This document shows positions 24,677 through 36,800 of a stretch of 64,000 bases of DNA, piece by piece. Source of the DNA: Phoronis australis (Eukaryota > Animalia > Phoronida); the NCBI GenBank assembly GCA_002633005.1, contig NMRA01000001.1:1273755-1337754 (forward strand). Reading direction: 5' to 3'. Within the stretch, counting starts at the first letter, position 1. Every line of letters begins with the position of its first letter. The notes below the pieces were generated by a model. That model was not told the origin of the DNA and did not search any database. It saw nothing but the letters and a program-made list of their open reading frames with translations. A program made the translations under genes and the position numbers.

Positions 24677-27600
24677 ATGTCAGGCAACTGTTCTCTTGAT
24701 ATGCTCCGGCAACAGTACAAAGAATTACTTGTAAAAAACACCACTTTAAAGATTGAAATTGACAGAAAACAGCAGAGCATTGATAAACTAAAGAATGACG
24801 TCATGTGTTGTCAAGAGGTAAACGGGGCTGTTAAACAGGGTATCTTTTGTCTATCTTTTTTTCTGTCATCACTCGTAAGTCGTAAGCTCATTCATTGTAA
24901 TGAAGCTCCAAATGGTTCTTAAGGAGTACCATTCTGCGGGTTGAAATGTACTTATTCAACGTGTATAATTGTCCAAAATTAGTTTTTAACAAGTAGAATT
25001 GGTTCTCATTGATACGATTATTTTTGTGTTCATTATTCAACACGCGGAATTAGATAATCAACGGAAATGCTAATTCTTCAAACTGCCGTCAGGCATCAAT
25101 GCATAAGGTTTGATTTTCAAAGATTGAAGTTGGCTGATTTTTAGGTGAGCATGATAACTTATAATATATGCATAAAAATTCAATTAATTTTGACTGCAAT
25201 GGCATTCATTCAACTTCGGAAGCTCTTGCTCTAACATAATTTAGGGCTGTTCACACAACCCTTGGTGATCCTTTATTCTAACTCTTAAGGCACCTACTAA
25301 CTACAGTACATTAAGTGAAACCATTGTAAGAAATTGGGTATCCTTTCTGATCCGCCTGCAGTCTTTGAATGTGCATAATTCAGTGCGTGTTCATTCTGAA
25401 ACAAAGCACGCGTACATCTGCAGTACTGATTAAAGGTACACATTGAATAACCAATTCAGAATGTTGAATAAGCACAGAAAGGTAACCATATAGGATCTAA
25501 TTCTGTGCGTGGAATAAGGAACTCTGCACATTGATTAAGCAATTGTGTGCGCATTTCAACGCACAATAAAGAATGTGTTTCAGTGCATTTCATAGTGTCT
25601 TTCACTTGCCATTTTGTAGTTCTTTTACCAACTGTAAACCTTTATGTATGTGGTAATGAGATTCTGAGTTCATCATTTCAATTGGCAATTGAAAAGAGAT
25701 CACTTCAGTTAATTATATTTTTGTATTTTTTGATTTCTTCTGAACTCTAGAAATACAGGATAGCCTTAAATTCAATATCAAGTCATGCCAATGCAACATC
25801 AGCCAAATATAGTGGTTCATTACTTATTATAATCAGTTTCATTCTGGTTCTCAAAATCAAGGATGGCTATATTTGACCAGTGTCCACCTGTGAACGACCA
25901 TTTTTGTTACTACTCTCATGCGTGATGGACATCCACATATTCAACAATCACAAGACATGCAGGGCTCAATTTGCCCACCTGTAGGTTGCCAATTAATGCA
26001 ACCTAGATTTTGTATTGTCATCTGGTAAAACTTTCCACAAAATCATCAAACCCAGAATACTGCAACAAAAAGTGGAAGGGTCTGTTTAGGGGTCCATGGC
26101 TCATGCACAGGTAATTTGTGCCGATCGTCTGCTTTTACCTTAGGTGATGAGCTTGCGTGGGATATTGGATCCGAGGAGGAAATTGGTCATTATCGATCAT
26201 ATGAGACATTCCTAGTTTTCTGATGAAGAAAAAAAATAAAAATGGAGAGAATTTGCTGAGTTCCCAGTTATCTCATTTATAAATATTCATTTTCGTCTAT
26301 TGCCAACTGTGTGTCATTTGTAGAGGAAAGACTTTCACAGCCAGTGTTTCATTGATTTAGCGACCTGCAAATTTTGCCAAGTTGCATTTGGCTAGTTGAC
26401 GTATGATTATAAATGGTAATCATCGATTCCCTGTTTAGTGACCTGGAAATTTTGCCAAGTGGTATTTGATTAGTTGACATAGTAATCGGTGAGTCCTGAC
26501 ATAAAAGAGCATGTCCACAAATTTAATTTAAAGAGCAGCACATAGTGTGATGCATCTCCTGGTCAACTCAGTTTCTTAGAACTTGTCCTCAGGTCAGCCT
26601 TCTCCCCATCTGCCACTCGAGGTTATGTGGGCTCCTCCATTATTTATTGGACAGATTGGATGCATCATTATTGAAAAATCATCGGTAGCAATATTTGGTC
26701 CAGCTGGGGATCGAACCCGTCAGCATCAAAGTCAAATGACCAAAGAACAGTTGCCCTTAGACAGATGTGTAAATGTAGACTTCACTTCAAATCGAAGTCT
26801 TAATATTTTCTCACAAATGCCTGCTGGCAGACCAATAGCGATGTTACAGCCCCACCAATGCTGTCTCAGCTAAGAATAACCATGGTATAACAAGTTGCAA
26901 AGTGCTTGTCATCAGTAATCTTTCACGTCATCCATGGCATTGTCCACAGCTCAAGCCAAGTTCCTGACACTGCCCTCTATTAGTCATCAGCAGAAGTTTC
27001 AGGCCTAGTCTACTGTTGTGAGAGTCCCCCATTGCAGTTTGTTTTTTTCTGGTGCACATTGTGCCACATGAAGTGCTATCAGAGTTAAAGGTCATTCGCC
27101 AGGGTTTAAGCCGTGCAAAGGAAATTTTATCAATATGTATGTGAATAATTTATGTATACTTCATACCACATGTGTACAGTGTCCAGCCTTGAAATTCTCA
27201 TGCAAAAATGATGTTATTTTTTACCTAAGTACATTAAATTAAAACTCAACTTTAAGTGGACTAAAATTACTTACTGTTAACTCCTCTTGGCTATTGCACA
27301 CCTCAGTAAGTTCAATAAAATATTTTATTTTCAAAAAGCAAAATATTACATTATATTATAAATCAAAATGGCAATACTGCTATTCACCTTTTCTGTCATT
27401 GTCAGTTATTTCTTTAAGGAATTAGAAAGACATTGGCTTGAGGAGAAATGGCTCAATGGTGAAAACAGTGAAGTGCAGAAATTAGCTCCGGAAGTGGAAG
27501 CTGACCATATTTGTCAAAGAATTGTTGAACAAGACCATTCTGATATTGCTGAAGGTTTGTAATTTCAATGCATTTAAACACTGCGATTCTTCCAGTTAAA

Positions 27601-28632
27601 TCAGTTGCAACATGTCGTTCCTAGATTTAAGAGTGAGAGTCTTGACATGATTTGGGAACAAGAAACCTCATGATAAACTGTCTTGTTGTATGGCTTTGCG
27701 TAAAATTTTGTCAATAATCTGATTACCGTAATCATCGGAGTCAATCCCAGGGCATTAAAATTAAGATTTTCTGAAATAGTAGGTGGCATCGAGCTGAGCT
27801 TGGCCTTATAAAAAGAAATGTTTAAGTCAGGGTTGGGTGTTCACCAGAATGACAGAGTGCAGACTGTTGGACCAATGTCAGTTACTTCACATGCAAGAAC
27901 AAAACCAAACAAAAATCATTTGAATATAGACTGTGTACAGCTTAATGGTTACAGCTAAGTGAGTTGCATGGGTTTTGCCTGTTGAGTCTTTGTATTGGTT
28001 TTTACGAGGACAAAAGTCACGAAGGTATAAATTGGGAGTTTAGCCGTATCAGAGATTTTGTTAAGCTCTTGCCATTGGAGTGGGTTCGATTTATTTTCAG
28101 AATGCCTGATTGATTTTACTTTTGTTCAGACATTTGCCCGATTCATTTCTGGAAATAGTGTTGTCATAATTCTCTCCTTTTGTCCTGAGCAATTATAGCA
28201 ATTCAAGACAAAGAACCACTGTGTTGAAAAGTTGTTCATTTTCTCCACGGCCAACCAGTTTAAGCCAAAGTTTGGTCACCATACTCCAATGGCGAATTTT
28301 GTTCGCTTGATTTTCAAAATGTTTTGACAGATTTTGACACTTTGGGACAAATGTCCAGGACCTCGGGACAGAAGCAAATTCCACGGCGTATGACAGGCTG
28401 AAAACATGGGTCAACATTTACTCAAATGAGGTCATTAATGCTGACAATTGGAGTAATGTAATATGTTAAGTGGTCAAGTGTTTATTGGTATTGCCTCTCA
28501 AGATTTTGTTTGCATCTGGTCTTAAATTTTATTTCAGATATATTTTTGGCACTGAGACAGAAGAAGTCTGTCCTTGATTCACACTTGTTTGAGCTGCAAA
28601 AAGAACTGAAAAAACTGAAAGAAGAAGGTTAA
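24677..28632 (+). CDS. Uncharacterised small coiled-coil protein (exon structure partly uncertain)
   Basis: Candidate exons 24677-24817 (MSGNCSLDMLRQQYKELL...CQE|GTAAAC; an upstream ATG at 24650 is possible), 27419-27554 and 28538-28632 (DIFLALRQKKSVLDSHLFELQKELKKLKEEG*). The phase-1 join of the last two exons is consistent. A possible extra exon starts at 25751 and an alternative last exon is 28765-28775. AATAAA at 29191. Confidence 0.5.
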
Positions 28633-30840
28633 ACGACACAAGACTGGAAATCCACTCGAGATAATTTTATCACCAGAGAAATTATTAATGAACTATAACT
28701 ACACTGTAGGAATATAGCTTTTCACTGATTGTTGTATGCTATTGATTCTTTCTTCAATCATCAGATACCCTTTGATTACTGCTACAGGACTACATTGATC
28801 CAAAACTTTCGTCAGCACACGTTTTCTTGCAAAACTGTCAGGATTGGAGTTTAATAGAAAACTGCATATTGTGTCAAATACTTTTGTACTGAGATAACAT
28901 GTAAGCCCAAACCAGTCAGTTGAACAGTGTTTTGCTAGTCATTTTTGCAATATTTAGGTCAGTATGGAATTTTCGCAATTCACCGTGGAACTACAACCAG
29001 CATGTTTATTACAAAATTTGCCATTTCCTTGGTTATCTGACGTGTGCATTCATTAGGAAGAGATGTGAGAAATGCAACTCAAATTTCAGTTCTGGTTTCT
29101 GTAGTCGTACGATGGGCGAGTGGTATGATGTTTTCGCCACTCTCTTGTACTGTTGTCATCTGTTGCATTGAATATTTAATATGTTAAGTTAATAAAATTA
29201 TAATTCAAAGACTTTCAAATGGTGCTGTTAAAAATGGCTGTGTTGTTAAATCTGTTAATGTTGTGGCAAACTGTAATGTCAAACCCACCAACTTTAGAAT
29301 AGCATCTTAATTATACGACTATCAAACTGTACACATCTTGCACCTTACCAAGGTAGGAAGTCATTTCTGAGCTTAAAAGGAAGTGGCAACAGATAATTTC
29401 TAGGTACAAAACACAGTACGACGTCCAGGGTAGGTGAAAAAGGTCAGTATTGAAAGCAGTGTCACAGTGGCAGTCAACCACTCGAGGAATAGGTCGATTA
29501 CCTGCTTCAATGCTAGATGGAGTTACTGTTACTGAAACTTTAAAGTGCAAATCCTGGGATCAGTGCTAATGAAATCAGTATTTCATTAGCTGCCTTACTA
29601 ATTCCTAACACCACTTAACCTAGTAGTCTTCGTTTCTAAAAGTTCAGCCATTCACAAATCATTTGCTGGCCACTCTAAGCTGCTCCCAAAAAGTTGTAAA
29701 TGTCACTCCAATGAGTTTGGCATTATAAGCAGTATGTACTACAGTAATTCCAAATTTTCCAAACAATTTTCCATGCACATGGAAGCGAAAAGGTCTGTTA
29801 AAACTAATGGAAGAATACTGTTATCTTGTTCGTAGCTCGTGTTTACTCGACCAACTTATCACACAGCTGGGTAACAGTTATGGCATGCTCATCAGGCCTA
29901 AGTGTTGCTATGCATGTAGACACTGGTATAGTTGATTCAACTAACCCTAGAGCTACTTCTCATTAACTAACATCCATATTCGTTCCAGTTCATTGTCATT
30001 AATTCTATTGACATTGCTATTGTCATACAAATCGCACTGGTCACTTTGAAAGCCTAACTTCAACCGAATTTTGTTATTTTAGATGTATTGGACTAACCAG
30101 GTAGTCCTAGCAAAGCCTTAACAAAATAAGAAAACGCGAGTTTAGTCACGCATATGTTGGCTCGTCTACTGATAGCTGAAGCCGCCTTTTCACGCCATGT
30201 CGAGTGACGGCAAGATCCCTGCACAAACAACAAATGGCCCATAACAGTTGTATTGAAAAGGGGTCTGAATAAAACACCATTGAGTGCAGTTGTTATTCGC
30301 AGCTGTTTGAATTAAAAGGTGATTCTCATGGTGATGTAGACAAAGGCAAACCAATACGCCCAACAGTTTGTTACAATGATGCTTTTAATATGCTGTAGGA
30401 TCCAAATTTACGGGTGTTACAGTTCAAGATTGGCTTTAAAGCACTCCTAGCTAGTTTCTTGTAAAAGTTAGACATATCCTCCATTGATGGCTCATGATAA
30501 ACTGATACATCTTAGCTTATGCTGCCATGCACTTCACTGCGAGAACTGAGACTAATTACAAAAACTTAAGGTAATTAATTGGGCATAAGATAATCTCACA
30601 ACACTAAAAACTCAAATATCTGTACTTTAAAGAAACATTCCAAAGTATGAAAACAAATGGTCATGTGTTTCCAAATAAATAATTCCATATACTTTATACT
30701 TTTTATTGCATACAAGTTTCAGTAAAACTTATCACATAAAACAGTCACATTAAACATCCTTATTGTCTCTCCATGATTATTTGCCAGTTTAGACTTTTAC
30801 TTTTATCACTAAAGACCACCTCATCATTTATCACATTGTT

Positions 30841-33800
30841 CTAATCTATGTTCTTTTTCTTAGCCCCAAGTTTCATGGCTCCACCAAAACCACTACTTTG
30901 TTTAGCAGCTCGTTTCTGCTCAATTTCCTTTTGTCGCTGCATTTTCTTTTCCTCTCGCCGTTGTCTGGCAAGGTCAGTCGTGTTTGAGGACCCTAGAAAA
31001 AAAAAACAGCACCATTTGGTCAAACATTGCTAACCATAATTTGAACATGCAAGATCCAAAAGCAGTCTGCTTTTTTATCATACCAAAGTAGGAACTGTTC
31101 TCATATGTTGTAAAGCAAAACGTTTTTGCTGACGAATTGGCACCATGAAAAAATGACAAATATTTCAGTTGTTGGATGGCTGTTGAAATATTATGATCAC
31201 CAGACAACCCAGGCAAAGGATTGGACTTCACAAAAGCTGCGTAGCGTAATGCTAAAACATCAACATGACTTAAATTACTCCTTCAAAGCTACTTACTTTC
31301 TGATCAAACTTCAGGTTTAAGACACTTGCAGTCATACATAACATTGTTTACTTTGGCTGGAAGTGATTTCTGGGCTAGGAGGGAACTGACAGTTTGTCAC
31401 TGCTCGAGAACCGACTCGATATAAACTGGCATGGTCCAGCAAGTCATTGTATACACCGAGCCTGGTCTAGAGCAATAACAAACTTCTCAAACCCAGATAT
31501 CAACTTTAGGCTGAATTTATAGCACAAGGAGCCTGAGGAGGAAGTGTGCTGTTATTTAGTGATGAATTATCGACGTTCACACTCATAAAGTTAAAGGTTC
31601 AAATCCCAACTAAACCATACTGCTGGAACCTTTGGGTCCTTAGCTCCCCAGTGTGTGTGCGCGCGCGCGCTAGAGTGTGTATGCACATGTGCATGTGTGT
31701 GCTTGGGGTTGAACTAATTTTCAAACCATTACCTATGTTGTCAAAAGATCCCCATCCATCATCTGCATTTCCCCACTCACTATCAGCAGTAGTCTCCGCC
31801 CATCCATCATCTTGGCTCCACCCATCATCCCATCCAGAATTTTGCTTCTGGGAAACTGCTGCCTTTGGTTTTGATTGTGACTGAGGTTTAGGGCTTGGAG
31901 ACTTGGTCTTTGCAACTGGCTGTGGCTTAGGACTAGGAGACTTGGCTTTTGAAAGTTTAGGCTGTAAGAAACGGTGGGAGATAAACATAATACAAGGGTC
32001 AAATAATGCGGAAGATGCTGCTCTACACACCAATGAGGATTGACATATTTTGCGAAGCAATTCCAACATGTTATGTGGAACTGGTCATTCCTTCTGCTTC
32101 GTGATGAAAGACTGGACAACTTACCTGTGCACTAAGAAAGGTACTTTACGAAAAGTCCTATGCGCTCCCCAATGTCGTTCACACATAACTCTAGATGATA
32201 ACATACAGGAGATGCTGATCCCACATGATCAGTTGCCATGGTTTCAAGAATGTCTCTTATAGTAAAACTTAGGTATTAAAGTGCTTGAAAACCACCATTC
32301 ATCTTATTTTGACAAGTGACTACATTGTCGGCATCATTAAACCTTCCTTTATAGCACTGCATATCACAACCGTGAAAATGGAAGAAACGTGATTATAGGG
32401 AAAGTTTTTTAGCTCCGCGGACATGGGTGTGACGTATGAATGTACCCAGCACCATTGTGTCGTGTCCGCCAACATGCAACTTTCATGTGCCATAGCTGCG
32501 CTTCTTTGATGTCACGTGGGATAGTGACTGAAATAACGGGTACTGTTAAACCACTCGGTTGGGCTGCATAAGCTTGTTCCCCATTAGATAGGTTTAATTG
32601 TTGCATGGTGTCAAAAGCATTGTTCAACAATGACAACCTGATGCATGCTAATGCAATCTCATCATTATCCAGCATAGGACCACCACTTTCATGTAACCAG
32701 CAGATAGCCTTGTCCTTTTTCTAGTGAACCCAAAGACCAAGATACCACTGTTGACACAGCATACCTTTGTGTCACTTAGAGTGGAGAAGAAATCATCTGA
32801 CGAGTCTCCCCAGTTGTATGAGCTGGTCTTCTCCAGACCAGGGTCCTCCACAGATGTAAAGTCGTCATTTCCAAAACTATCCCAGGCAGAACTAGTGTCA
32901 GACTGAGGTTTACTAGCACCCACTTTCATGACTTGAGAATGAGAAGAGGCCTGCAAGAGTCCAAGAATTTGGTGACATGAATAAATTATTATTAAACTTG
33001 CAAAACGCAATATGTGAAATACACAGTAAAACTAGCCCACGTGAGATTCAAGCAGACTGGAAGGTTATAAAGCTGAAATCCGGTGTGTGGTAAGCGTTCC
33101 GTGGAAAGCAGTAATGTTCTACTCTTCGCCGCAGAGTAGAACATTACTGCTTTCCACGGAACGCTTATCACACACCTCTGCGGTACCTGTTCTAATGTCC
33201 ATGGTGAGGGTTCATTTATCAACCCTGCAGAGGAAAAGCCATCCCAATTCATACATCACCTGCTTATTGTATGCTGCACTCATTTTCTGTGTTGGTTCCT
33301 CCAGACTTCCCCAGTCATCGTCATCATCCCAACCATCGTCACCATTGCCATGCTCCTCCTCCTGCTGGCTTTGATCAGGGGCTGAAGTGTCCTAAGGTAA
33401 TGAAACACGTTAGAAAAGACAATCCAAATAAAACCCTCTATGTCTGATGCAGATGAACTGGGTGACTTAAAAGTACCTAGTGCTAATGAATAATGGGCCT
33501 GCTTAAGTTTGTTATCTGAGAACAAAAAGCAATTCACCAAAAGCAAAGGTTTGTTACATAGGCCCAAGAGTCTCTTCAGCGTGAATACCTGAAGGTATGC
33601 ACCACCAGATAGTGAATGTCAAGTCCTCAAATCCTTAAACAGGATGATCAAAATAGATTATTGGCCAGGATTTTGCTGACGTGGTGACAAATAACAATTT
33701 TATTAGCAGTTCAGTGCCAAGTACTAGAAAGAAAGTTTTTGTGGTAAGGCATGAAAGGGTGAAATTGTGTTACAACAATAAAAGAAAAGAATTGCTGTTA

Positions 33801-36800
33801 GTACAATCTATTAGCTTTAATTATTATCATAATACACTCAGCCAAAACCTGTATACATTATGTCAGTGTTCCTCACTGTACATCCATAAACACTGACTTC
33901 ACTTACCTCAATGTCACCCCAATCGTCATCATCTCCCCAACATGCATCACTAGGCTCCTCCTCCTCTGTGGGCGTATCGGGCTGTTCCAGTAAAATCTGT
34001 GTGGGAGGGGGGGGGACGGCAGTAGAAATAAAAATTCATGGGTGGTGGTCTTCAGAAAAAAACACAAATTATGGGTGGTCGTTCCTGTAAGAAGTGATGC
34101 ATTAAAAATGGGTGGTATTTTTGTCCTGTTAATGTTGATAGGTTGGTTACTTCAGCCCTCAAAACTCAAAACAAGCCAATACAAAAAAGCCCATATTGCT
34201 AGTGAACAGAGTGCAATATGTTCACTAAGCCATTAATCAAGTCATGGGCAACTTGATTTGAGCCAACTGTTAGTCTGCAGTCCTATTGAATTGAAAAGTT
34301 ATGCAACACTAAACTGGTGTTAACACATATAAGAAAATTGATGATTTTTAAATAAAAATTATGAGGAGTAAGATAAACAAGNNNNNNNNNNNNATACACT
34401 CAGCCAAAACCTGTATACATTATGTCAGTGTTCCTCACTGTACATCCATAAACACTGACTTCACTTACCTCAATGTCACCCCAATCGTCATCATCTCCCC
34501 AACATGCATCACTAGGCTCCTCCTCCTCTGTGGGCATATCTTTAACCCTGTCTTCTTGTGGTGTTCTTTCTGGTGTGGGAGTGGAGGCTGCCAAACTTTT
34601 AACCTGACCAGCAGGTTCTGAAATAAAAAACAATGACACAGAATAAATTTTGGTTTATTAAATAAGCTAACAGTATTGCCAAAATATTAGCAAAAACATG
34701 AAATTGTTGTTCTCAATAATTTTCGAAGAGACTTCAAATCCTTTAACTAATTTGCTTCCTACTGTCCTCAAATTTATGCTTCCATCAAGTTTTCCTCTCT
34801 GCTGTCATTCAAGACCACAAACCTATTCAAGCTTTCTTTTGCTTCTGTTTCTGTCAATAATTTGGACAATTGTTGCTTTGATATAAAACTGATGAAGTCT
34901 TTATCCTTTTCTCCACAATCTTCACACTGGCTACAGTGAAACCAGAGGTCTGTAGTTGTATCGCATAAATTGTTGACTTAAGAGTCATCAAGCATAGAAT
35001 ACAATAATTATACCTTACTCCTGACAGACGAAAACTTTTAAATCACATTCAAGACAATTGGCATACAACAAGGCAACAACTTGTGGCAGTCCAAGCAAGT
35101 CTTGAATTGTTTGACAGAAAACACGAAACGCTACAAATGGATGTAGGTTTTTTGTCATTTGCTGCCAAAGCTAAGATGGATTGAGGCAAAAAATTAACAT
35201 TCAGAACTGAGGACAATCCTTTGTCGAGGCCTCAATATAATGTTAGAAATTCAAATGGAAAACTACCTTGAGGAGTAAGTCACCAGACTAAATAAGGTGA
35301 CAGTTGACTGCAGTCCAGTGAAACTCAAATAATTTAGAAAATAAAAAAATTGAGCAACATTAACCACTGCTCAACATGCATCCCTGAAAATTTGACCAAG
35401 AATTACCCAAAATGCCATACTCTACCTTTGGAAGGTGGTTTCCCATCAGGTGGTTTTGTCTTCACAAACTTGGAAGTAATCGAGCTCATTCCTGTCACAG
35501 CCCAACCAGCCCAGCTAGCTGCTGAACTAGCAGCACTGCCGCCCATTTTCACATCTTTTTCTATAAGATAAGAATGCAATATTACAACCTAGATCTAATG
35601 ATCAGGCATTACAGCAACACACAGATTCATTTCCAAAATCAAATTTTTGGCTGGAATACATGTCAGAGCGGTTTTAGTCGGAGGGTTGGTTTTTCCAAAT
35701 TTTCACAATTGCCCCATGGACAGTATGAGATTAATGGCTTGCATCTGCAGACAGATTTGCACAAGTTTGTAGTAGACAGGATTGCAGGTTACAACAAGGA
35801 TGCCAAAGAAGTTAAAAATAATGCAATTTATGAGCCAACATGTAAGCAGTAATGCTTAGGGAACATAAAGACATGTTGCCAAGTTAATTCCAAAAGTGGA
35901 AGCACTGAGAAAAGCTTTTAAGCAATGCGAATGCTATAATTATGACACTGATACTAAATATCTGTGATTAAGGCTAAACCACTCATTTAGTTGCGCAAAT
36001 AGTCGATAGAGCAGTCAAGGGGGAATGAGTGTATTGCACTGCAAACATGTGATTTGCATGGAAAGCAAGAAAGTCTATTGGATTGTTCATGTTGATGGCC
36101 AGGAGGAAATAAGAGGCAGTTAGCGGGAAGTGGGAAGAGGGCTTGTGGTGCTAATTCATTCTTACACCCCACGGGAGGTCACTAGGTCTATGAGTAGGCG
36201 TGGGATACTTGCCTAGTTCGGTAATTGATTCAGGATCATCTGAAGCCTTTTCCAGCTTAGTGAGGAAACATTTGATAGCTTTGAATGCCTAGAAAGACAA
36301 TATGAAAATGAACAGGACAAATAGAACACTCGCGATCTTTTAACCTGACAAGGAAAACATGCAGTTTGTTGGATAATAGTAGACATAAATGCATTCAAAT
36401 TCAACCACTTGCATTCAGTATTAATGTGCACTAATGTATTATTATTCATGATTGGTAATTATCTATATATTTCATGCTAAAAATTCTCCACACCTAATAG
36501 TTTTGCTTTTATTTTCACTGCTGCCAGGATGTTAAATGTAATCCTTACCAGTCAATCACACATTTGTCACATTTTAAAGTGTCGCCATCTACCTTTACCT
36601 GTTATTATTCAACTGCTGGTATAATATCAAAATGAAAGGCATAAATTATTTTGCAAACATATATTTTAAAATAAATGTCCAAAGAGTAGCCCTTTCTAAC
36701 ACAGAGGATGTCTACAAGTGCCCTCAAATAATATTTGATTTCAACTTTACGGTGCCTCAAAATAATGATTTCATGGAAAACCAAAAAGAAATCCTTCTGG

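Noticed and set aside
26697-26725. GGGGATCGAACCC, a reverse B-box suggesting a tRNA gene
   Set aside because: No cloverleaf can be built; at most a tRNA-derived SINE remnant.
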